Origin: Moniliella sp. 'wahieum'
Taxonomy: Eukaryota
Direction: 5' to 3'
Assembly (NCBI GenBank): GCA_003971905.1
Contig: RSEE01000097.1
Coordinates: 186,001-235,525, forward strand
DNA length: 49,525 nucleotides
The notes under the pieces were generated by a model that did no database searches, was not told the origin of the DNA, and saw only the letters and a list, made by a program, of their open reading frames with translations. Made by a program: the position numbers and the translations under genes. The first letter of the stretch is position 1; each line of letters opens with the position of its first letter. Positions 10,441 through 21,437 of this stretch are shown here, piece by piece.

Positions 10441-13400
10441 CTAATTAGGGACAGAGGGGGACAAAGCGTTGGCGTCGTCAGCGTCAGCGTCGTCATCGTC
10501 GTCCGACACCACGTGGCCATGGGCACGGAGGATGGGTTTGGTGGCAGCACGCTTCATCGTCAGTTCCTCGAGCAACACGAGTAGATCCTCATTTTCTTGC
10601 CGCACCGTCGCCAGCCGATCGGGCGCGGGCTCAGACAGCGCATCCACCTTAGCCTGCAGCGTGGCTACCAGGTGCGTCAAGCGCGCCCTCGGCGCATCCC
10701 CGGCAGGCGGCACCAGCAGCTGGTCCAATGACCAATGCTGGACTTCACTGGCACCTTGTTCCTTAGCTGCCGCTTCTAGCGCCGCCGCACGCCGATCACT
10801 TTGCCGTTGTGCCCGCCCGGCACGGGCATCTGCGCGTGCGGCCTTGCGTGCGCGCTTGGCCATCACCCGTGCGGTCCGCTGCCGTGCGGCAAGCGCCTGA
10901 CGTAGCTCCGCAATCGCCTGCCCGGCATGTTCTTCCGCTTGGTCGTACGCTTGGAGCGCTTCTTGGTGCATTTGCTCCGCCTCGGCGGTTCGGTATCGGT
11001 ACGCACGGTGGCCCGGTCCAGTTTGCCCGTTGCGTCCTTTTGCTGGACAAGGCAGGCGGACAAACTGACACGCTCGATCGCCAGCGAACGCTCCGTCGTT
11101 GCCCACCCAGCGTACGAGCTTCCCATCTCGGCAGGTGCCAGCAACGATGTTTCCGCTGCCACTGTGAGGGAGATCGGTCAGGTAAGGGTTAGTCGTCGTG
11201 TGGCATGCGGGGAAAAGAGGGGAGGGAAGGGGACATACAGTGCGTCTGGTCCAGGAACCGAGTAAATGTGTCCTGCGCAAATAGCGGCATCGCGTCGGCG
11301 TCCTCTTCGCCCGTCGCGTCGGAGGGGGACGGTGAGGTTACGAATGAGCCAAGGCGTCTCGGTCGCAGGGGCGCAGCAGCCAGGAGGGGCTGGAGCGTTG
11401 CGCGACTCAGGCCGTGCGCCGCACGGTCCCACTCGTACACCGCCGCCAAAAGGAACGACGCCAGACCAGCCAGACGCGCCACGCCGGCGGAGCGGCGGTA
11501 GCCTGGGCCGCTGCCGCGGGCGTCACACGAGATCGCCAGGGCAACAGTGCATGCACATTCTCGCTTCTCGCAACACCATCCCCGCTGCTGCGGGCGAGCC
11601 CATACCCACACGAATACAAAAGCGACAAAAGCGCTTCTGCCGTCCTGCCCACCGGCTCGAGACTAGCAGCTTCCGAAAGTGCCCGGTACCGCGCCGACCC
11701 GCGCAAGACAGCGCGTCGCACGCGCTGCAACGACCTGCAATAACGGTTCTCGCGGATCATCGTCATCCTCCTCCTCTTCCTCCTCTAGTTGCTCCAGATT
11801 CTCCCCTGCTCCGGCACCGCCCTCGCCGCCTGGCCCGGCGCTGGGCTTGGTGGAACCAGGCACGACCAAGGGCCGCATACATACTTGCCCATTCAGGTCA
11901 AATGCCACCTCCAGCCGCCTGCTTGGCGCGCGCCACCGACCCTACTGCCTCCACGGCACTCTCTCCTGCTGCAGGGGAGATGAGTGTGGCGAAAGAGAGC
12001 AGCAGCGCTGGCGGCCGCTGCAGATACCGCCCCATCATCCTCGGCTGCCGTCTCACGCGGTGGAGGCCCCACCAACGCACCCAGCAGGGCCCCGCCAGCA
12101 TCTCAGCCTTGGCCCGCTCGGGGGTTATGATGGGCATGGGCAGGGGCGAGCGTGGCGCCGCAGGCGGCGGCACGAGCTCCTCCCCCTTCGAGCCGGTCGG
12201 GTTGGTTTCGACGGTCGCTAGGGGTGGAGGAGCCACCATTTCAATTGGGGGAGGGAGCAAGGCGGAGAGGACAGCGAGCTTGGCGTGGGTGGTGTTGAGC
12301 ATGGTAGCAATCGCCTGGGACGCCGCGGCTCGCAGCGGTCGATCGGCCTTACGAGCAGCGCGGTCCGCCTGCCTCTGCGCCCGTTCGGTCCCTTCCCGAT
12401 CCGCCGCGTCCGCATCTGCCGTCTCGGCCGCGGCCAAGGCCCGGAGCTCAGGAAGTACCTCGGCAAATGTTTTCTCGCCCGCCCACGTTCGCGTCAGCGG
12501 GTCACCGGCCAGCGCCAAATCCGCCAACGCTGCCGGTACGGGGCGTGGTGGCGTCCGCAGTGCTCCCTGGGGGGGGGGCCGGAAGCAAAGGCGAAACAAA
12601 GGTATTGTACAGCGCATCTTCAATGTAAGGTGTGCTCCCACGACCTGTGGTAGCCGCTACGCGCGTATGCTCGTTCGCTACCAACCCACCGATCGTGGTG
12701 AGTGCCACGGCACGAATAGACGCCGGGGCCGTACTGGCACATGCCAAGTTGGCCACACAGGCCACCATCCCACCCGACACAAGCGCTGCCGCGGTCGTGC
12801 CGCTGGGATCGGCGTCGGGCTTGCAGAGTGCCTCGGCAATAGCCAATACCAGTGCAACGTTGTTCTCTTTGCGCTGGGCCAGGCGGGGCGTATCGGGCCA
12901 AGGTTGATAGGCGAACGCATCGAGGCGCAATGGGTCGGTCATTGCCGTCGCGGGAGGGAAGAAGAGCAAGGGGGGAAGAAGGACGATGGCACCCGTTTCG
13001 CGGAAATAGGTACCGTTGCTCGCCGCCGCATCGTCTTGCAGTAAAGCCAAGATGCACGTCAAGGCCAGACGACTTGTTTGCCCGCCCTCCACCCGCCCAG
13101 CACGTGCAATCACATCGAGCAGCGCCTCAAAGGACCCTCCAAAGGCGACCAGCTTGGCTAGCTCGGCTGAGCCAGTAACAAGGTCCGGCAATAGGGCCAG
13201 AACGACAGCACGAATTTGCAGGTCAGGAAGGCCCGGGTGATCAAGGAGTGGATCCAGGTCCTCCTCCTCCTCTGTGGGTGCCGGCGCATCGCCCCCCTGT
13301 GCAATGGCCAAGGTGAGGTGCTCCACCACCCCCACCCACCCGGAGCGGACAAGACATGGGATTGGACCGCGGGGCCGTGGGCACGGAGCATGCGAGCTAG

Positions 13401-14137
13401 GAGGCGCAGGGCAGAGAGACGAGTGTACACGGCGCGTTGCGGGGACAAGAGCGTCAGAAGGGCATGGGTCGTATCAGGGGCATGAGCCAGCGCATCCAGC
13501 ACATACGTCGCCATCGCCTCGTCGGCTGGAGACGGCGTCGCATCGTCGGGATTGGCGGCGGACGGCGGCGCCAGACCTGCATTCGCGGCCGAAGGCGGCG
13601 GAGCGGAAGCAGCCGAGGCAGCGGCAGCTTCGGCAGCCTCGCGTGCCGCTGCTACCGCATAGGTCCGAGCGTCGGCCAGAGCACCAAAAATGTCAGTAAT
13701 CATCTGCGCTGCCTCGTCCTCCGCAATGCTCGGACGATAGCCCCCCGTGTCGGCCGGGCGGGCGTGCAGGAGCGCATGGGCACGAGACGACAGCGCCGAA
13801 GCACGCAGCAGCGCATCGAGGGGGCGCGCGGTGCCCTCGACGACCTGGCGCGGATGGGAATGGAGGGCAGCTTGGATGCCGGCAAGCGGGACGCGCGCGT
13901 CGGCGAGAAGCGAGGCAATCTCCGTGCCCGCCAGGGCAGCTGCCTGCGCGGCCTGATCAGCCTCGGCGGGGGCTAGCGGTGCTGGGGGCGGGCGGACGCG
14001 GGTGGCGAGCTGTGCGAGGTGGGACTCGGCGGGAAGCTCGTCGGCGAGGGCTTGGAGATGGGCGAGCGCGGCCTGGGCGGCCTGGGCGCGGCTGAGGGCG
14101 CCCCACTTGCCCCAACCCACGCGGCGGTGGCGAGCAT
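10441..14137 (-). CDS. USO1: Uso1/p115-like ER-Golgi vesicle tether
   Basis: ARM-like head (YTRLSALRLLARMLRAHGPAVQSHVLSAPGG; AKLVAFGGSFEALLDVIARAGRVEGG; NGTYFRETG), coiled coil, and C-terminal signature QENEDLLVLLEELTMKR...VVSDDDDD. Intron at 11162-11238. Frameshifts present. Confidence 0.8.
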
Positions 14138-14843
14138 GCTAGCTGGCCGGGATGGGGGTCTGGGTGTGCGTGCACGCAGCGTGGCGCCGCGCGGAGCAGC
14201 CCAAGCGCACCAGCACAACCCTACTGCTTGCTTCCACGCCTGGGGGGTTAAATACCCGTGGGAAGCGGTCGCTCTTCCGCCAGTATTAATGCCGCTGTGC
14301 CCATTTGTCCCAACAACTCGCTTCTTGCAAGAAGCAAGAGCTGAGTCCTGCACAGCGAGAGTTGGCAAGCTAATGATACAAGACAGGGCTATATGGGGTC
14401 ACAAAAGGATGAATCGGACAAAGAGTCTTCAGGCCTAGAACAGACCAACTAACGGAACAAGGAAAACGGTTCAAACAAAAGTTCCAAAGAACAAACAACG
14501 CAAAGAAAAAAGGAAACAAGGGAAACGGGGCAGGAAAAAGGACAACGGCGGGAAAGTTCTTCCTCATCAACGAGGAACGAAACGCAAGAGAGGAAACCCT
14601 CGCGAAATATAACAAACCCGTTACAAAAAGTATAGGAAGCTCAACTCGGAGCTCTTCTTGTCCCACATCCACGCCTGCTGCTGTTGGTCGAAGACCTCCT
14701 TTTCTTCCTCCGCGAGACAAACAGATGGGCACCAACAAAGAGAATTGCGCAGGGGACGAAGGCTGGGCCAAAACGACATAAGCTGGACTTAGAGTGTGGT
14801 GTGGTAAACACGTAATCTGGACCGTGGCGAGCAGGCCAGAGAT

Positions 14844-16627
14844 TTACTGTTGACGGTATTCACTGTCGAAGGGCAGTGGGATCGGTAGTTCAAATTGCTC
14901 CATTTTGATGGCATAAGGGTCCACAAACGGGACCGCCAAGTCGTCAAAGTCAGGGTACATGCTCCTGGTACACGTGCGCCCGGGAAAAGCAGAAAGTGTG
15001 GCCCGCGCTTTCTTCCTTGCAATCTCCCATAGCTGCTGTTTGGTGGCGGGCTTGGTGGCGGTCATCTTCAATAGATCTCCCAAATCGGTCCAGTTTCTTT
15101 TAGTGTGTTGGGCTTGGCCAGCTGCAGCAATCCGACGGTTTCTTGCCGTGGACCCGGAACTGGTGGTGCCATGTGCGTCCACTTTGCGAGCAGAACCAGT
15201 GGCACCATCGCCACCGGCTTTACCTTGACCGCCGCGATCCTCGATACCAGCCTTTTTCTTGTATCTAGGCATTTCTTCCTGCATGATATGCAGAAATTGG
15301 TACTTGACAACGGTATCAAAGCACATCGCGGGCTTGCTCCCTGAGGGAGGTAAAACTTTGGTCAAGCTGACCCACTCTCGATAGACAAGCTCGAAGGGTG
15401 TGCATTTCTCATGAAACTTAAGCCAAGGTTAATAAGGGCTTTGGAGAAGCTAGTCCAGCGAGGAAAGGCAGTAACGTACAATTTGAGAAGCGACCTTGTG
15501 ACGCATACCGTCCCAAATAGGCCCCACGCTGTTCCGGAGAACCGATGATATGGTCCTGCGTGGAACTTCATCCACGGCGCTCTGCTGAAACAATGTACTG
15601 TCCTTGATTTTTTGTAGGTCCAGCTCCAAAGTTCGTTGTTGCTGGTAATGGGACTCTTGGGATGGAGGAAAGCCCAGCGGGCAAGAGAATCCGACATAGT
15701 TCTTCACATACATATTAGCTGGATCCTGGATGATAGAGGCAACTCTGTGGAACGTACCTTGTTTTTCGTGAACACCACATCAGGGTAGTTAGGTTGCGCA
15801 CGCATAGCCCGTATGAAGGTGTCCTCATAGGACCTGTACATATCATGCATGTAGACGATGGTGGCGAGAAGAGCTTGGTCCACCGGGCTAATCTTACTCG
15901 GGTCGGTAAGATCTTCCACCCGTGGCAGCGGAATTCCACGATAAGTCTTCACTTCGTGGGCGTTCTCGCGAGCACGCGTCGTTGGACCAGGGGTACTGCA
16001 CCCCGTTTGGCATTTCAGTATCATGATCAAGATGATGGTCTGCCTGGACGGCTGAATCGTCACAGCAAATGTCGTCCGCATCATCCATATCCGATCCAAC
16101 GCTGCAATAGCTGCTGAGGGAAGAGTCGTCGCTTTCCATTGCATCCCATTCCGGAGCCCAACTTTGACTGGGGTCTTGCTCATCAGCCACGCTTTGCGCC
16201 AAACGTTGACCAACAGGAAGATGGGGTTCTTCAGAAGTCTTCTTCCAACCTTTGACATCGTTCGATGGCTGTTGGGGTTCTGAGGAAACCGATTCCCGGG
16301 GTTCCCGCTTAACGGTGATGCCGGCAGCCTCTTGGTGGTCATGACGTGGTGCAGCCTCGCATTTTCGTAAATGCAAGGTGCAATAAAATGGTCCAAAGCC
16401 GGCTGGTAACTCTTCGGCTGCCCACCACAAACGAGGCACTTGTAGGCCCACCTTGACCCGCCGTTCTCGTTTCCGCGGTATGCTTCCATCACTTGCCACA
16501 CTTGGCGCTGCGGTCTGCCCGCCCTCTGGAAACGTTCACGATCGCCGTCTTCCAGCTCCTTGAGGCGTTCTGCAACCTGCTGGGGAAGATGCCTACCGGA
16601 ACGAATCGTACTCCACTGGGTGGGCAT
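14844..16627 (-). CDS. Orphan C2HC zinc-finger protein with acidic tract (possible transposon accessory gene)
   Basis: YKCLVCGGQPKSYQPALDHFIAPC (C-x2-C-x12-H-x4-C), an acidic DDSSLSS..DMDDADD region, and two apparent GTACGT introns near 15700-15757 and 15420-15480. Ends ...PFDSEYRQQ*. Confidence 0.55.
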
Positions 16628-17104
16628 GTTGGATGGAGGTGCAAAAAGTCGACAGCGAGGTAGATGGAAGGAGCGTGCAGCTGTCGCTACAGGTATGGTC
16701 TGCCAGCTTTCACAAGCGCGGAAGAGTCAAACGCGAACCATCAAAACGCGGAACCATGGAAGGGCCAACTCGTAGGCCCACGCGTGAGTCGCGTCCCTCA
16801 ACCGCGTCGAAACGTGTCCCAAAATGGGTACAGAGAAAAAAATGGAGCAAACGCGGCGCGTGGTACTGCGTTACGTAACGCGTCGAGCAGGTCGCGCGCC
16901 TGGGCTCGAAACGTGAAAAGAAATGCCAGGAAATCGGCGGATACACGAGTACTAAAAGATACGTTTTTTGAACCACATCCACTCTCCCTCATCGACCATC
17001 GCTCATTCAGCCTCTATTGCCCTTTCTCCACATCCTTCGTTACACGTTGGTTACCCTGCCTCAGTCCGCTCACCGTGGTCAACCCCAAGCGGCTACACAG
17101 TGAT

Positions 17105-18097
17105 ATGCTTTTGCCGCTGCTTCTTGTAGTTCCACCCCGTCGGCTCCATAGCATATAGTGATAGAGATGCGCGTCCCTGACCAGCTACAGGAGACTACTG
17201 AGGACGCCATACGGGCCCGCATCCCATTCGTGCCATTGTAGCAGCAGAGCAAGAGTGTTCGGGCCGTCGGTCCCGTACAAAATGTTTGAGCGGCTGCTGC
17301 CCGGGCATCCGCCTCAGATGGGAGTCCTGAACCGTCGCTTGTCTCAGCAGTACCAATTCCGTCCTCATCCGACGCGCAGAGACGAGATATCTGCGGTTTC
17401 AGCCCGTGGCGGTCACTATGACCGACTCCAACTCGACGCGAAAACGCATTTGTGGCTGTCCCCGATGAAAACAGGGTGCAACACTTGTCATACTTTGGCT
17501 GATCTCGCTCCCATTGCCAATTTCTTCGTCTCGAGCGTCTCGCACTTTCCCTGCTGCTTCCACTTCGCGCCATGTCCTCTGCTCTTGCTTCTTCCCCACG
17601 GACGATTGCTACACCCCTTTTGGCCTAGTCCCGATTTTCGTCTCCCTTGTCTTAGCCCCGATTCTGTAGTTTCCCTCACCTTAATCCCGACTGTGACAGC
17701 GCTTGTCTTGCTATTTTTCTGCAAATCTCCGTTTCTGCACTTTCCGTCCTCACAGCCAATTCTGACCCTCCCTCAGAGACGTGCTATACTGCTTTTCAGG
17801 AGTACTTCTCTAACTAATCCCGTCCTCATCGATCGTCCTGCGCTCCCTGCTGGTCGCTTACTCTCCTTGTCATGCTGTTAAACAAGATTGCCTCCTGAAG
17901 AGAGCTGGAGAGAGCGGGGACCTGGGGGGGTGTATATAATTTATAGCCACGCAGCGATGGATCACGATCGGACACATGAGGGCCACAGACCTGAGGGCCT
18001 GAACGTCCCGAACAGGCTGAGGATGCCCAGGCTCGATCACGATCAATGGCGCGTGAGCCTGGAGGCTATAGCAGTCTGGACAGCACACTACGGCTGA
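17105..18097 (+). CDS. Hypothetical or degraded ORFs divergent from the zinc-finger gene
   Basis: ORFs 17255-17881 and 17888-18097 separated by a pyrimidine-rich, intron-like stretch. No family recognised. Confidence 0.25.
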
Positions 18098-18714
18098 CTA
18101 CTGTAGTGCCCGAAGAACCAAAGGAAGAGCAAGTGACTAATATTTTTTCGGCAATCGGAAAACTCAAGAGCGCACAGGCGTCATGCAGAGAAATGACAAA
18201 TGGCAAGTGATTAGTGACATGTGAAAAGTGACATGCGAGCGCTAAGCGCTAAGCGCTGATCGCACCGTTTCTTCGGCCTGTACGGCACAGAAGAAGGTTT
18301 GAGGCGTAGGGCACACTCCAAAAGCTGGCTGTATACTTCTCATATCCATCCTATCCTCTTTTGACCAACTCTCGAAGATGAGAAAAAGGCCACCAATGCG
18401 CGAAAAAGGGGATGGGATTGTTTTTCGCGATCATCTCTCGGCCCACACCGTACGCGCGGGCCAGGCGATATACTCCTCTAAGCACCTCCTCTACCCCCTA
18501 CTGGCATTCCCAAAGGGGGATGCAGAGAAGCAGCCAGTTGGCACTTTCAAAGCATGAAGAGCGTGAATCCTTGGGAGCAGTGACTGGCTAGCACACAGAG
18601 AGGAAACCACGGAAGAGTGAGGAGGCGCCCGTTACTACTAGTTACTACAACCCCCCAGTGCAAATCATGCTGCGGCGTGACATTATGGGATCCAGTATCC
18701 ATCTAGCTGGAATT

Positions 18715-21222
18715 TCACAGTTGATCACGAAGGAGTCTTTCGATGTTTACCGCTGCTATGTTGCCAGCCGGAGGACTGAGTCGCCACCAAGTTGGGCAGC
18801 ACCAGGGGGAGAGTCTGGCACAATGTCTTGCAGTCGACCCCGTAACGGAGCGCATGCTCTGAACCACCTTGGTGCCGTTGAGCCGCCGACCCACCGATTC
18901 CATACCCCGCGTGTTGAGTGAATCCAGCCATAGCGCTAACGAATGCCCTTTGTCCAAGTTCGAGTCCGTCAACAATTCAACAGAGGCTTTTAATACTGGG
19001 CCTAAAAAAACCGTATGCATGACGTCAATCGCAAGGCTATGGCCCACCGAGAAACTGGAGACCCCCTGCCACTCGTGGACCGTCAAAAGGGGGTTGAACA
19101 CGTACCACCTTTCTTGAACTCATCCAGCAGCCCACGAACCGAACCTCGGAGACGAAATCGGGGAGTGGCCTCTTTCGCGTTTTGCCGTTAATCGCCCCTG
19201 CCGAGTCCTCCAGGTCCTTTCGGTACTTGAATAGGAGGAAGGAGGCGTCCTTCATATACTTATCGTTCACTCCCGTCTGGCTCGCTCGGTCGTCGACACG
19301 ACCGTCGTTCTGGACGACCATGTTGAGTTGGTGATCAACTTCGCGCCTAGCTTCGACGCTTGAACGTAGATTCCCTTCTGTCTTAATGTCTTCGGCAGTT
19401 AGTCAGTCGCCTTGATGCACACTCAACACAGTACTAGTAGAGCCTCGTACACGCACCAAACAGTCAGTCACGTTCTCCGCCAATGTATATTTGTACCCCA
19501 TTGCCGTCCGCAGTCGCAAAAACGAGACAGCATACGTGAGCAGTCATGCCCATAACTGTTGAAGCCATCTCATTGTTGGAGGCTACGTTTTGTCGCCCTT
19601 GATTATCCGCAGTACGGGCTGTACAAGGATCCATCCCTCTCGGTAGTCGAACCACGGGCAGGGATGAGCTCCTTGTGATACTGCCCGTGTGTATATTTGA
19701 AAAAAGCATTAGTATGCTGCCTTTCCCTACCGGAATCATGGGGTGGCTTCACACTGCAAGCAACTTGGATTATAGGGTAATACGCACTCAAGCTGTTTGA
19801 CCAGCTGCTCATCGTACAACGGGAGGAGAGACTTTCCTTTTTCTGATGCAAACAAGAAAAGGTTCTTTGCCCATCTGGACCCGACCCGTGTCATGTGCAT
19901 GTTGCCCAGAAGCAGGCTGTTAAGAGAGCTTGGCCGATTGGACACATTGTCTGCAAAACCATCGCCCATCCCGCCAGCTGGAGACGGACCATGTCTCGAC
20001 CACGGGACTTGGATCGGAGGGGGTTGACGCCCTTCTCCACTTCCTCCCCGTCCCACGTCCTGTTGTGTCGTATATAGCCAAGGATGCAAGTCAGTAAATC
20101 GGTCAAGAACTTCTCGTAGAGAAAAACAGCAGGAAGATTGACTGATGGTATAGTCGTCGCAGAGGCGCAGCTTTTTGGTCATGTCCACCTGTAAAAGCTA
20201 AAAGGGTCCTGTCCTCTTGCCTGGGAACTTCAGCAGTTTGGTCGTCTCTTCGTCCTGGGCCAGGTCGATCCCGATCCCATGCCACGAGTCGCTGTCGGCG
20301 TCGTGTTTCCACAAGACGGGAAAGATAGGCGCGGTAATACCGAGCAGGTGAACAGGTTCTCCAAGGTACCTAGCCAGATCGCGTGGAGCTTATTGACCAT
20401 CGGCTGAGTCCTTGTGCCGATCAAATTCCATCGTCCCTTGTGTGGCTCTTCACAAAGAACCCGTCCCTGAGGACCTGGACCATCGCCTTGAGCGACCATG
20501 CTGGGCTTGGGATACTGTGACATCTTGGAGCGAATGGACGGGTTCGAGGACATGTATGAGCTGGAAAATGCGGTCGAGCGAAGGACACAGTGTGTACATC
20601 ATATCGTCTCCTGATGTGACAAACTGCTCGTGCTAGCTACTGGCCTCGGTATGTCCACGCCCTCCGGGCGGATGCCTGTCGTACTGACTCGTCTGTGCGC
20701 AGCTGACGGAAGAGTCGACCACGCCTGGTGGCATGGTCTTGCCTGGTATCCTTAGCGTCAAGATATCGGCCATGCCTCCCACAGCGAGTTGAACATCAAC
20801 GACAGGGCGCTTTTCGAGCGGACGGTCGACGGCGACGGTTGCCCCCGCTGGGGCTCGACGGTCACGTACTTGTGTTTTGTCCTTGTCCACCCATGCACTG
20901 ATAACACCTTTGAGCAGGATGACTGGAGATGGCGCTCAAGTGCTGCAACAACGAACCCGGAAGATGCGCAGGCTTGCGCACAGATTGTCCACTGTATGGT
21001 CGCCTGTCTCATTCTCTCTTTTTCAAACGCGATGACGCTCCACCCGCCCGTGCGACCTGGCCCTTGGATCTTGATTACCCTTCGGTCCCTTTTCATCTCG
21101 ATGGTTCCATGATGTTTTCCCTTCGTGATTAAGCGATGAAGGCGATGTCTTTGGCTGCCGCCGGTCTGAGGCTCCCATAACAACCTGCCGTTGCCTTGGC
21201 GCATTTCTCTACTCCTCTCCAT
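18715..21222 (-). pseudogene. Degraded, 3'-truncated CACTA/EnSpm-related (CMC superfamily, Plavaka-like) transposase
   Basis: Collinear motifs: NPSIRSKMSQYPK..LCEEPHKGRW..TQPMV (20553-20390), FADNVSN..NLFLFASEKGKSLLPLYDEQLVKQL, ASNNEMAS, QTGVNDKY, FNPLL..AIDVMHTVFLGPV..LDSLNTRGM..TLPLVLPNL. These match my recollection of the basidiomycete NPLVRPHLHFYPE / DDTSGN / GDNPMQS / NPLL..PVEILHTILLG / LNSLNTDGL transposase family. Confidence 0.7.
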
Positions 21223-21335
21223 GTCTAATCCTGGCAATGCATGCTTTGAAAAGTAATCCACTGCCTGATCTGACAGCATGTGGCAGACTATCCACCACCC
21301 TAGCCAACAGCCTGTCCGCAAGATTGCGACCGTTC

Positions 21336-21437
21336 GGGGATACCTGTGGTGGATAGATGGGGGATATCTGGTAGATAGATGGGGGGTATCTGATGGATAG
21401 ATGGGGGATACCTGGTGGATAGCTGGGGGCAACCTGG
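21336..21437 (+). repeat. About 22-bp tandem minisatellite (GGGGGATACCTGGTGGATAGAT), about 4.5 copies
   Basis: Directly visible imperfect repeats, immediately 5' of the transposase. Confidence 0.85.

Noticed and set aside
11185..11193. Interstitial telomere seed AGGGTTAG
   Set aside because: It is the CTAAC branch point of the minus-strand USO1 intron.
11266..13044. Long antisense ORFs (592 aa here; also 32718-34058 and 35616-36995)
   Set aside because: These are shadow frames opposite GC3-rich real genes (USO1, VMA3, ENP1/RMT3) and contain no motifs.
21336..21437. CRISPR-like array
   Set aside because: The repeats are contiguous with no unique spacers, there are no cas genes, and the context is eukaryotic.
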